DNA from: Marsupella aquatica
Lineage: Eukaryota > Plantae > Marchantiophyta
Length of the DNA stretch: 64,000 nucleotides
Assembly (NCBI GenBank): GCA_973895155.1
Contig: OZ316899.1
Coordinates: 4,777,241 to 4,841,240, forward strand
Direction of reading: 5' to 3'
Each line of letters begins with the position of its first letter. The stretch's first letter is position 1. The position numbers were made by a program, and so were the translations under genes. This document shows positions 50,596 through 63,532 of this stretch, piece after piece. The notes under the pieces are model-generated. The model did not search any database, was not told where the DNA came from, and worked only from the letters and a program-made list of their open reading frames with translations.

Positions 50596-52539
50596 AAGTG
50601 TTGCTTTTGTTGTGATGTCCTCTGTTCACGTCCTTTGATGAGCAAGGCGAGCAAGAGGTCGACTTGCCTTGCCCACAGCAACCAACCTGCACTTATCAGT
50701 TCCCACTCACTAAATTGGTTCCAACTACATATTTCATGCTGAGTTCCTAAGACCAAGAGCATGTATATAAAACCATGTTCCCTATGGACATGTACATAAA
50801 TCATATTTGGATCCTGTTTTTTCATCCAGAAAGATCGAAAGTCTCACCTTGCAGGTTGCAGCAAAGAGAAAACTCACTGGTTGTCGTGTTCTGCAAGTGA
50901 ACCTCCACTGAGGTGGCAGAAAGCAGACAAAGCTTCAGGAAGATGGGAAAGAAAAAAAACTGCTCACAAGCTCAATTCATCCATGGCCCAGTTCAAGGCA
51001 AGACAGGCTAAAACATTCACAAAGAGTCAACTCTACACTTGGTTGTCCATATCAAAATGCAGCACACACCCTTCGCTTGCTATCCACACTATACTGACAT
51101 GATCTGATCTGATCTGATCATGGTGTTCAGATGCCTGCGCTCCTGATGTGCACAACAAAGCACAGAGAGCAACAAAACTCCAGCAAAGTGGGACTCAAGC
51201 AAGAGATATGAATTTCAGGCAGTAGCAAAATCAAATGAAGTCAGATGCTACATAGCAATTAAGCACAAAGGCTACTTCATGTCTTTTTACATAGAATTTT
51301 GGATTGAAGTAATACCAAAATTGTGTTATCGGAAATTGTTCTACAAACGAATATCTAAAAGCAGGAACTATGACGGAACACACAACAATCAACAGGAGCA
51401 TTCAATGCAGCACAACAGAGAAACAATGTACTACCAATGAAATGAAATACCAAAATTTAATACCAATTAACAGACTTAGCAGTTACAAGCTCCGACAGCA
51501 ACATACTGGCAAGAATAGCAAAGCAAACGACTGAGCAGTTGAGAAAAAAAGCACAATGAACAATGGTAACCTTCCCTGTCTCCTCTCCAAATCTAAAACG
51601 GCCGGGCAGAAATACAGACTTGTCAGTCAATGTGAAATTATACATGGACAAGAAACAACAAATACAAACTGCTATGCTGAGGCCACATGAAGCAACAATG
51701 CGAAGAGCAACTTAAAGAAAAGGGACCAGAGGATCAAACATAGCAGGATATATGGTGCCGGTGGGTAATATATGGGGTTTCAGTAGACTTGGGGCCAGTT
51801 TGAGGAGGATTAAGAAGCGCGCACCCCACGTTCTTGGGTGGTGGTTGGATGGGGTTTTGTTTGATTGAAGAAGAAATCACCATTCTCTTCTGGACGACTT
51901 AAACAAAATTCCAGGAAACAGTGGACGGGACAACAAGGCATGTAATAGAGAACCAGATGTAACAAGGCAATTTGCTTGTCTCACAAATAAACCTGACCAG
52001 ATTTCTAAAGGAATTTTGCAAGACTGTACGCGTGCTCACAGCGCAGGGCAAATCAAACCACCAAATGCAGTAGAAGGAAAGCCCAAACTAGGACAAGTCA
52101 AACAAACCTGATAGGAAGAAACATGGACGTGAATGATAACAAACAAAAGACAGAAGACAAACAATAAGCTAAACTCTCACATGAGAAATGTGCAGCAGAA
52201 GGTAGGTTCAGAGCTTCACATTGGGCTACAAAAATGGAGAAACAGAGCTGAATGGGAACCTCGGCCACGACAACTTTGGAAGAAGCAATGAAGATCTTAC
52301 GTTGAAGCCAAAATCAAAGGCAATTCATGTCTTAGCTTGGAATTTCCACTTCCCACAAAAGGACAGAGGACAACATCGAAAAGCCCACTCGAAAGCTGAA
52401 CACTAGAACACTGGAACACACTCAAACAGGTTTTGCAGGGATGGCTCTCTATCAGATCGGCTAGAGAATCAGGCAGGCTTCCTATTACGGTCTGCTCAGA
52501 GCCTTACACTCTGGATTAGACTCTGAATCCAAACGCGAG

Positions 52540-53110
52540 TCTACGCTTTCCGTTGCTGGTCACAGCGATGGGCAATCAGGATGATGCCATGCCGAGTAGA
52601 AGAACAAGAAAGCATTCCATAAAAGGCACTGAGATGAACCGTATAGTAAAAGTGGTAGTACAAACCCACCCGCAAGCTGAATGTAGAGGATAGAGATAGA
52701 GAAAATCACCGGGGCAATGAAGTCGGATCACAGGGTGCAAAACTAGTACTCAACAGGGTAAGACCAATCACAGCAAACAAAGCACAGAGCTAGACCACCA
52801 AAACTCCAGCAAGACAGTGTCATGTCCATTTATTTGTAGGGAATGAAGTCGGATCGCAGAGTGTAAAACTAGTACTCAGTAGGGTAAGACAGATCACAAC
52901 AAACAAAGCTAACACAACAAAGCACATAGAGGAACAAAACTCCAGCAAGACATAAATCAGACCTCGCAGCTTTTTGACTAGCAAGGGTCTACGCTTTCCA
53001 TTGCTGGTCACAGCGCGACGGGCAATCAAGATGATGCCATGCCGAGTAGAAGAACAACAAAGCATTCTATAAAAAGCACTGAGGTTGGCGTTATAGTAAA
53101 AGTGGTAGTA
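52540..53110 (+). repeat. A-B-B-A arrangement of two direct repeats (~120 bp and ~100 bp) in the B2 leader
   Basis: ctacgctttcc...gtaaaagtggtagta at ~52540 and ~52989; aatgaagtcggatc...aaaactccagcaagaca at ~52716 and ~52842. Confidence 0.8.
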
Positions 53111-55249
53111 CTTCCAGTAGCGCGACCAACTCGCTAAGTGACAGTCCGGAGTAGCTTACCTCCGAGAAGAAAGCCAGAGCAGTTTAGCAGAAATCCCCAA
53201 GAAAATCCCCACTCTGAAGATGGTAAGCTTGCAGTTGCTCCCCCGGGTGCTCCCCTCAACCTCGCCACTTCTATTCTGAGCAACGCAGGTCTTCTCCACC
53301 CTCTCACCTTGCACCTACTGAACAGGTGACCAGCACTATCCACTCCCACCGCAACTGTGGACGGTCCCTAAAAAAATGCAGATGACAGCGACCAATAGAC
53401 AAAGGATTACAGGCGTAGACCTGGCAGAAATCTTCTTCCGAAAAGCTTTCCTCAGCCCGATTCCTGTGCACATCAGAAAAAACTCAAACCATTTAGAAAT
53501 GAGATCACAGATTACTCTTGACAATCTCAAAAATGCCACAACCTAAGCACTCATAGCTCCGTCCCCCCATTCTAATTTCTCTGACGAGTTTGCCTTAAAG
53601 CACATCCACTCGCGGTTCAAGCAGATTCAGAATCATCATAGACAATAGAGTGTTCCACCATAGCCCACGGTAGGTCCACGGCCATCATAACCAACCCTCA
53701 CACCCAGCTCCCTCAGTACCCGCAGCTCCGCCCAGCTCTGCGCCTACCGGGATTTATTAGTATTTCTCACTTTTAAGAAGGGCAGTTTTCTCAAAAGCAG
53801 TCTAATTGCCTAGACGACACTAGAAAAGTTGGAGGCAATATCACAGCGGAGCATTCTGCGTCTAAGGGCCAGCGACAAGTTGCAAAGGTGGGTTAACCTC
53901 GTTCTGAGTCAAGACTGCAAGCTTTAGATCCAGTCATTCCGCGATTCCTTAAAGAAAAACCCGTGATGGACATGCAATGTTGTGCTACTGCAATGAACAG
54001 AGTAAGGCAATGCAGTGGTCATCGTAGCTATGAAGAAGAAATGGTAGTGGAAAGTCTAGCTCAAACAATGGAGTGTATGAATCAGCGCTCAAGAAGGTCA
54101 CCTGAAAGTTGCGCGTACAGCTTGAAGATGGAGCAGCCCAATCAGCTTCCAATCGATGAGCAGCGAGCACAACTCCACTGTGAGTAGACTGTCTTTGCAA
54201 TGCCTCCGCGAGCTTAAGGAGCCACTACAGTCCACCTTTCGCAACAATCGCCTTCCGCATGGATCGCCTTCCTCAGCGATTTCCTTCCGTAGTCCACCTT
54301 CCGCAGGAGCATGCAGGTCCACCTTCCGCAGCAGCAGGTTGGTCACTTGTGGATTAGTCAAACTTGGAACCTTAGCTCTCCTCCCACCAAACTCCCACCA
54401 CTGTCTGACCACACAAGCTTTGGTCCGCAACCGCAATGGCGCACAACTCCTCCCCTCAGCTAAACCCTCAGCGCCTCAGTCCCCAGATCACAGCTCCTCT
54501 CGGACTGCAACTCACTGAAAATGTAAGCACTCAGGACTGCCCTTGACAATGTTGCCGTTGTGCTACACATTGCCCTTTCGCAGCCACAACCTTCTTCGCC
54601 CTACCAGCACAACCCTCTTCGCCCTACCTCACATTACGCGCGGGAAGGGAAGTCTGCAATCATCGCAAAAGTGGGCAACATGAAAAAGAACCCTACGTAA
54701 AACCCCGAACCTTGGACCCCTCACGTTCTAAGTCCAATGACGATGGCCCGAACACTCCAAAGTCACTCCCAAAGTGAAGTTTAGTGCCTCTTTACCAAAT
54801 TAGGGGACTTAAGTCATTAAGGGGAGCCTTACCGTTTGAGTGAGCCGTTGAGTGTCACCCAAAGTGAGACACCACTACAAAGTGTTACTGCATGGCCATC
54901 TTGGATATGTTACTGATTTTTCTTGGCTTGGAAAACTTCAATAAAGCGGGATCATGCTAGCCCAAAAATCTTGGGTATGCGTGCACACCGGTTCTTGGCT
55001 TGGCAAACTTGAATAGAATGGGATGTTGGTGAAGCCCAGCACCCTTTGGAAAACCCCAAACGCCCGACCCAGGACCCCACCCCCTTGCTTAGGCCACCAA
55101 GTAATCAATGAGATTCTCCCATGCCCACAAGTTAAGCGTTAACCCACGCCCTTAAACTTGATTAGGGTAAGAAGGCCCTTACCGTTGGGGTGTGAAGTTG
55201 ACCACAACGACTCTAAATGTGAAGCATGAGCCCCTCACCCCGTGAAGAT

Positions 55250-55500
55250 GTAACCCCCCCCCCCCCACGCTTGACATATAAACCCCCCTAAACCCCATTT
55301 AGTGACCCCCCACACCCTTGACATATAACCGGCACACCCTTGAGATATAAATCCCCTTTATTGACCCCCACCCCCAAGTTGTATCCAAACCGACTCACCC
55401 TTGACATATAAACCCCCCTAAACCCCTTTAGTGGTGACCCCCCACACCCTTCACATATAACCGGCCCACCCTTGAGACGTAAACCCCCCCTAAACCCACT
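55250..55500 (+). repeat. C-rich 130-bp duplication with recurring CCCTTGACATATAA motif near the 5' TIR of B2
   Basis: ttgacatataaaccccccctaaacccc at 55271 and 55401. Confidence 0.8.
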
Positions 55501-56162
55501 ATGGAGTATATGAGACATTAGGGCATTTAGACATTTACTGAGTTTGTACGTGTTCAATATAGCGGGACGTAAAGTCCCCCCATATGGCCATTATCAAATT
55601 AAAGTTGACAACTAAACCCTACAACCATCATGTGTGAGAGTGTTCACCCTTTCACAAACTAGGGTACGTGGAAACTTTTGATAGTCTTATCCTAAACCAA
55701 AAAGCACTCACAGTCTTTTGTAGTGTTCATGTGAACCGGTGCAATGGTTTTGAGTCATTTGAAGTTGCAAAAAAGGACTTAGTGGCCTTAGTCCTATAAG
55801 GTTTGGTCTAAATTGCCCCGGTTTCTACTAGTGTTAGTTGGTCCCACAGAAGACGGTGAATTTGGACCAACTTAAATCTGAGGATTGTGTCGAGTAGCCC
55901 AGTGAGATTCAAGATTTTAAGATCAAGAATGTATCCGCTTTTCCTCCCTTTCCCTCCGATTCATTTCGCATTGTTAATTCCTTGTCTTTGATTCTATAGT
56001 TGACTAGAGGAGGTACGGGAGTCGTTTCAAGCCGCAGGGTGATTGTTGTTGGTTGACGTTGGTTCTATTGTGCCGAGGGGTCGCAATGGTGCGCTTTTTT
56101 GGAGGGCTCTGCATATTTTTGATAAGTACTTTTGTCTCCTCCTTTGCTGGTTATGCTGATTC

Positions 56163-59100
56163 TTATCGTAAGAAATCTCTCAACTGGCGCATTCCTATTC
56201 CCAATGAGTGTTCTTTATGAAGTGCAGGGGGTAAGGGTTTCATGAATGTATCAACTCTGTTTTCCTTTGTTGATATCCACTGAACCTGGATCTTGTCTCC
56301 ATGTTGCTCATGTGTGTAGAATAGCTTCGGTGCTATGTGCTTTATCTTGTCTCCCTTGATAAAGCCTTGTGTGATTTGGTCCACACGGGGTTTGTTGTCT
56401 TCATAAAGAATAGTAGGCTTGTCCAGCAATGGTTTACCTGTGCTCTGGTTGATGTGGTCAATTAAACTTCGGAGCCATACACACCCGCATACACATTCTC
56501 TTGTTGCTTCATATAATGCAATGATTTCAGCATGGTTAGACGATGTAGCTGTTAATGATTGTTTCATGCTCTTCCAGGAAATCGCTGTGGTTCCTTGCAG
56601 GAAAACGTATCCCGTCTGGGACTTCGCATCGTCTGGGTCGGACAAGTAGCTGGCATCCGCATATCCTGTGAGGGTCGGGTTTGCATTCTTGGGGAAGAAT
56701 AGTCCCATATCCATAGTCCCCTGTAAGTACCTGAATACTCGTTTTATTCCGTTCCAGTGCCTAATTGTTGGCTGTGATCCGTGTCGTGCAAGGAGGCTTA
56801 CCGCAAAGCTTATGTCAGGTCTTGTCTGTTTGCCAGGTACAGTAATGCTCCAATCGCTGAAAGGTAGGGCTTCTCAGGTCCCAGTACCTGCTCATGTTCT
56901 TGGCATTTCTTGAACATGTCCTTTGCTGGATCAAGTGAACGCAGGTCCATTGGAGTGCTCACGGGATGGGAATTCTGCATGTTGAATTGCTTGAGAATTT
57001 TCTTTGTGTAAGTAGACTGATTAATGAGAATGCCTTTATCAAGGTGATTGAACTGAATGCCTAAGCAATAGCTCGGTATTCCAATATCTTTCATTTCGAA
57101 TACTCTTTTAAGTGTTGAGATTGTCTGTTTTGTTAACTGCTTTGTGCCGAAGATATTAATATCATCTACGTAAATTGCAAGTATTACAAACTCTGTGCCA
57201 AGCTTCTTAAGGAATAAGCAAGGCGCAATTTCTGCATTTGTAAATTGTAAAGCTAGCATTTCATCACGAAAGCGTTTGTACCAGATGCGGCCGCTCTGTT
57301 TCAAGCCGTTTATGGATCTCATTACCTGTACTGCATATGTTGGTTGCTTTCTGTGTTTATTCAACTGTTTGGGTGGAAGAAGTCCATGCTCTTTTGGGGA
57401 TGAATCTCCCTGGTTGTTTTGGTACCATTTTAAGGTCTCAGTTGGAGTAGCCTTTTCTTTTAACTCAGCAGTAGGCTGGTTTGCTTTAAGATGTATCCCA
57501 TGGGTATTGCGGACTGTAGGTCCGTTTTTACATTTTTCAGTAATCTGCTTAATCCCTGATTGTAGATCTGGGTGTAAGCTGTTTTTCTCCCCTTGAATAT
57601 GGAACTGTACTCTTGTGATTAGTTCAGGGGGTGCCTGCATATATATTTCAGTGTCCATAATGCCATACAAGTATGCCGTCACTACGTCTATCAAGTGCAT
57701 TACAAGGTTATAAGTCAATGCAAATGCAATCATGTAGCGGTATGTTATGGAGTCCATGATAGGCGAATAAGTCAGGTCGTAGTCTCTGCCATAAATCTGT
57801 ATATCATTTGGCCACCAATCGAGCTTTGTATCGGATGACCTCTCCTTTGGCATTCCTTTTTCATACAAAGATGAATTTGTATCCCGTTAAGCTCATGTCA
57901 GGTGGGGCCTTCTATATTGGGCCAAAAATGTGTTGTTTGATTAATGAGTCTAGCTCCGAGTTGATTGCTTCCTGCCATAGTGGGCAGTCGTCTCGGTTCT
58001 GTGCCTCCTGGACAGTCAGTGGATCTGGGGCTTCGTTAGTAATTTCTTGTGCGATTAATGAGATAAATTGGTCTCTGGTGTGTGCTCGCTGCCACACTTT
58101 TCCAGTATGCATATACTGGATGGAGATCTCCTCATTATCCTGTGATAGGTTTGTCTCCGGTCCTTTGGTATTCCTATTTTCATTCTGTATCCCAGTGTTG
58201 GGGTTTGAGTTCTTCTTTTGCCTGGGTCTTATATCTTTGGATCCGAGGGGGCGGCCCCTTTTAGCTCTAGGTGGGGCCTCTACTGCTTCGGTTTGCTGCG
58301 GTTGGATTCATGCAGGTACATTTGCAGCTTCGATGTGGGAATGAGTTACAGCAAGCAGCGTCGTTGAATGCATCTGGTAAAGTATTCAGCATTTGGTTTA
58401 AATGTAAAACACGTCTTACCTCTTCATCTGCTTGCCTCATCCTTGGGTCGTTAAGCAGTAAGTCTTTTGTTTCCCATTGTAACTGTGAGACTCTTACTGA
58501 GTCTTCTTGCTTGCCAGATGTGAGGTGTGGATAGATGTTTTCAAAGAAGTGGCAATCCTGGAATCTCGCTTTGTAAACATCTCCCATTGTCGGTTCTAAG
58601 AACCTTATAATAGATGGGGAGTCGAAGCCTACATAAATCCCTATTTGGCGTTGGGGACCCATCTTGGTTTGTTTAGGGCCCAAGATGGGTACTAAGACTT
58701 GGCATCCAAATGTTTTTAGGTGGGATAGATATGGCGGTAATCCATATGCAAGGTGATGGGGAGAGAGGGAGTTAAAGGATGAGGGCCTATACTGTAGGAG
58801 GGATGCTGCATGGAGGATGGCATGTCCCCATGCCGTCGCTGGTAATTTAGTTTGCATTAACATTGGGCGTGCGATAAGCTATAATCGTTTGATGACAGAC
58901 TCTGCCATTCCATTTTGTGAATGGACATATGGGACAGGGTACTGAGCTTCTATCCCAGCTGTGATACAGAAGTCATCGAATGTATTAGAGGTAAATTTGC
59001 CTGCTCCGTCTACTCGCAGTATGCGGATGGGATTTTCCGGGAACTGAGTCCTCAACTTCAGTATATTTACAAGGATTCGTGAAAATACTAGGTTTCTTGT

Positions 59101-59500
59101 GGATAGCAGCGACACTTGTGACCATTTAGATGATGAGTCAATCATAACTAGAAAAAATCTAAATGGGCCACTAGGTGGTTCAATGGGGCCACAGACATCA
59201 ACATTCAGGTGTTCTAAAAATTTGGGGATTGCATAGACTGTCTTTGTGATTGTTGGGCGTGTGATAAGCTTACTTTGTGAGCATGCAATGCAGGGTTGTT
59301 GTTGTGCAGGTGTTTTTGCTACTGGTGGGATTCCCACTAAATCTTTTATAATTTTCTGGTACATTGTCGTACCTGGGTGTCCCAGCCGGTTATGCCAAGT
59401 GATGAATATACTTTGTTTGCTAGGTTCAGTATAATGTGATTGTATTCTGGTGACATATAATCCTGGTGGTTTGGCTGAGAATGTTTCTTGGATCTGTAAT
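56163..59500 (-). pseudogene. Copia pol: pre-integrase, integrase, RT and RNase H (frameshifts and stops)
   Basis: WHNRLGHP, CIAC, VDVCGP, RVDGAG, QNGMAE, GLKQSGRIW, YVDD, GYADASY, AEIIAL, YEDN. Confidence 0.95.
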
Positions 59501-62160
59501 TGTCAAGCGATTGACATTGGGTCTTGACACCAAAGCTGTCACTATTGGGTGCCAAAACTATCTCCTTGTACCTGAGGATCACGGAGGGATGTTGTGAAGG
59601 CTGGTATACACCGGTTTATCCCCTTAACGCCAGACTATCATAGCAAGACTCTGTCACACATCACCCAAGCTCAATCCCAAAGGACCAAGGTTGGGAATCA
59701 GCTCTTGCACTCATGATAGTTCTGGTGAGAAGGGGTCTTCATGTCGGGCCCGTACACACAGGGCCTAGCGCTACGGTGCGCATATGTCTATACGTATGCT
59801 TACTGCCATAGGTATGTTTCTATTCCGCCGCCGGAATGTACCCATAAACCAGTGACTCTGACTGATTCCCGGCTTAGGGACTTCTAAGCCATTGCCCCAC
59901 CACTCTGCCATTCCACTCCCAACAATCAGAGTTATGACTGTAGCCCTCACCCAATCCACTTCAATGCACCCGGTACACCTCTCAGTGGCACTGCTAGTCC
60001 CATCATACACTCAAATTGCCTCACACACACACACATCCATGAGAGAAATGAGGCCTGAGAGGAAAACTCAATTAGATTCAATGATGTGCACAATAGTTCA
60101 CTGAGAAGACTTGATTCGACCAATAGTCCCGTAGGCTGTCTACTCCAGATTGCGACGTGCTTGCCCCGCAAGCCCCGTGCTTGCCATGCAAGCTCAATCC
60201 TGAACCTGAGCCTGGCTCACTCCAGATTGCGACGGCAGATTGGACTCGAACCAATCCCATACTTGCCTTGCAAACTCAATCCTGAACTCAACCTCCTTCA
60301 CTGCACTTCATTCTTGGGGGCACATACAGATCTCACACCTCCATTTCAGAATGTCAAGTTACGCATGCACAGTTGACTCGACTTCAAAGCTGGTACCACG
60401 CCTAACAGCGATCTACCCCAGACTGCAATGAGGCCCGGCCTCATGCTTGCCCTGCAAGCTCAGCTCTGGCCATAAATCCCTTAGTGCTCTCTACCAGACA
60501 ACGGCCAGGACTCCCCATGGATCACGTAGCCTTGCCAAACTGACTGTAAATGCTCCTCCTGCTGCACCTTGATCAGTGTCTCAGCCTCCCTATTGTGCTC
60601 GTCGTAAATGCAATCAAAATCCTCCCCACAGTTTACAATCACCAATAGGTCACCTATCACCAAGGCTATGTATCGGGGGAAAAGAACCCAGTTGTGCTGC
60701 CCACTAGAAAGAGCCACAATCTAGCTCGCAAACCTGGCAAACCGTTGCTGTGAAGCTTGGCTGATTACTCCCTGAGTAATAGCACAACCCAACTCTCCCC
60801 AACACACGATGTCCAAGTCCAGCCTTGCTTGCACAGAGCTCCTCCCTGATGCTCAGTCTACGTGAGATCACACAACTGAAGTCCCCCCTGCCTCTACCGG
60901 GGGGCTGCCCTATATACTCTCACATTAAACCCAAATGGGTGGATGCTACGTTATTGGCGCCCCATCCTAGCCCTAAGAGCGCCGCTACTATATCTAACTA
61001 CTAAACCCTAACTCGCAACTTTATTTCTATCTCAAACTGACTATGTATTTCGGATTTGGCCCTCCTCCACAATTTTTGCGAGCTTGCGTCTCCTCTCCAG
61101 ATTTCTCTATTCAACCATTTGCTGCGTGGATAGCAGCGTTGGGAGCGGCTTGAGCTCCTCTTTCCAGCGAGGTCAATTATAGTTGATTTGGGCAAATACA
61201 GAGAAAATTATGCCCCCGCAACCGAGAGGGGGTACACACTGTTGTGCTAACCCGAGTTACATAGCTAACCCGAGTTTGGCTAACCAAGCTATCCTATCTA
61301 GCCCGAGTAGAGCTAACCGTGGCCTCTGGCTAATCTGCTAGCCGCTTATCCGCTAGTCTGCTAGCCGCTAGTCTGAGCCCGAACCCGAGCTGACCTATAA
61401 TTATGCTAACCCTGGCCCGAGGTCAGGCTAACCCAAACTTGGTCTAAGCCTAAGCTGAAGCCGGGCTGACCTAAGCTAAGCCGTGGCCAAGCTTAGGTTA
61501 ACCCGAAACCGAAGCCAAACCCGCTAATTCCGGTCACACGTTAACCCGACACACTAATCAGACCGTATCTTTCTTAATGCACCTCCGTCTCCCAAGTGTT
61601 TTATATTGATTTTACTCGCCTTGACCAGATCTTTCCAATGCTCTTTACAGATCCAGATTTGGCGACACATTGAAAGAGATACGGTCGCCGACCACCCGCA
61701 ACATAGCTTTTCATTTCCCTATCACACTAAAACTAGACTATGAATCACTAACCTAAGTAACGAAATGAAGATACACACCCAAGACATTCAGATTTCATCA
61801 TGATAACAATCACCATACCACACAACCATTTTCTCAATTGTGGAGACTTGCTTCCCCTTGCCCCTACGTCTTGGAGAGCCTCCATGCTCCATTGTGCCCG
61901 TTAGCACGGTAGTATGGTAGAGGAGGTGAATCCTCTTGTCCTCTAGCTGCTTATTTGTGGCCCTGACAATGACTGTGGCCGTTATGTCTGTCTCGGCTGT
62001 GCGCTCTTCAAGCTAAACTGCCCTAGTCCTGCTCTCAACGCCATGATTGCCCTTATTCTTGCCATCTCGCTGATCGTTCTACAGTCTGACAGTTACTTAC
62101 TGTGCACAGCATACCAATTCCATCGTATTATTGAATAAGGACCATGTCACCGGCGTCACA
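59501..62160. mobile_element. Solo LTR, 2660 bp, same family as 9230-11810, inserted in Copia gag-pol
   Basis: TG...CA ends; perfect TSD GTAAT (59496-59500 / 62161-62165). Removing it restores the frame ...TDTGLQIQETF...WHNRLGHP. Confidence 0.93.
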
Positions 62161-63532
62161 GTAATCCTGTGTCAGTTTTCTTTGTGATATGGAGGACTTC
62201 TCTCTTGTTGTGTATGCTTGTATGAATGTGAAAGTTATTTGCCCTGATGTCATGGAAACTGATCAGGTTTCTGGTGGCTGTAGGTGCATAGATTGCTGAT
62301 TCAATATGGAGGACTGTCCCTCTTGGGAATATGACAGTAGCTGGTCCGTGGCCATGTTCTATCTGTTTCTGGCCAGAGATTGTGGTGATAGTTCGGGATG
62401 ATGGTGTGATGTTTTTGAAATGTTTTCTTTCTTTTAAAATGGTATGTGAGGTGCCGCTGTCTAGTATACAAATGGTTGGGTCTTTTGGGTAGGTTGTATT
62501 GTTGCCATAGGTAGTGGTGTGGGCTTCAGGTGAAGGAGGGTCTGTCACATATTGTGTTAGGTCTTGTGGTAATTCGAGAAAATTTCCCTGGGGTTCTCTC
62601 TGGGAATTATTGATACTATTCTGATAAAGTCTGACCAGGTGGGAGGGGGCCCTACAATCTGTTCTGGCATGTCCAAGTGTACCACATCGAAAACATTTGG
62701 TGGAGTTGTTTTGCTTATCTGATATGCTGTTGTAGTTGGTTCTTCCGCGCCCTCTACCTCTGTCATTTCCTTGATTCTGCCATTGTTGCCTGTTGTTTGC
62801 AGGATCATACATGCGTCCTCCACCCCTTCCTCTTTGGGATTGGGTTTTGCCTCTTCCTGCAAAACGTCCACCTCTCCCCCTGAAAGTACCCCTCCCCCTG
62901 AATCCTCTTTGATTTTGACTATTATATTGTGATTCAGGTTTTGGTATAGGTGGGAGGGTACCTGGGGGTCTTGTCTTTGAATTTTTGAGGAGTAGTATTT
63001 GGTGCTTTTCGGCTAATAGCATTTGTGCGATTAGTTGAGAGTATCTTTCAAATGCCATGTTCCGGTATTGCGCAGCTAATACCAGATTTGCTGCATGGAA
63101 TGTTGACAGGGTTTTCTCGATCTGCTCCGCATCATCTACCGGTTGCCCGCAGACCGCGAGTTGTGCTACTATTCGAAACAGTTCGTTGTTATAGTCGGCA
63201 ATGGTCTTGTGGTCTTGGACCCTCAAATTTATCCAATCATGTCTCGTAGCTGGTAGAGAGATTAGCCGCATATGATCAAATTGAAGTTGCAATGATTCCC
63301 ATAACACTCTTGGATTATATTCATTTAAGTATTGTGTTTTCAAGGCATCTGCTAAGTGATGCCTGATGAAAACGAGTGTCTTTGCTTTCTCTTGAAGTGT
63401 GGGCCCATTATCAGTAGTTATAGATTCTTGTAGCGTTTTAGCGGATAAATGTGCCTCCATGTCTATAGACCATGTTAAATAATTTGATCTGTCAATAGCT
63501 AATGCTCGGAAGCTAAGTTTTTCTAGAGCCAT
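62161..63532 (-). pseudogene. Copia gag (zinc knuckle) and aspartic protease
   Basis: NYLTW..D.E.HL; CFRCGTLGHARTDC (CCHC); ILDSGTSHTIL. The ORF is open but severed by the solo LTR. Confidence 0.93.

Larger units (their letters stand above)
38362..55833 (-). mobile_element. Complete CACTA element B2, 17,472 bp
   Basis: 18-bp perfect TIRs CACTAGTAGAAACCGGGG / CCCCGGTTTCTACTAGTG (imperfect extension to TTTAGACC); 3-bp TSD TTA (38359-38361 / 55834-55836); GACT/AGTC-rich subterminal regions. Confidence 0.97.

Noticed and set aside
52820-54518. Overlapping ORFs in the B2 leader and in 20852-21260
   Set aside because: GC-rich or low-complexity, present on both strands, with no homology between A and B; more likely promoter/leader DNA.
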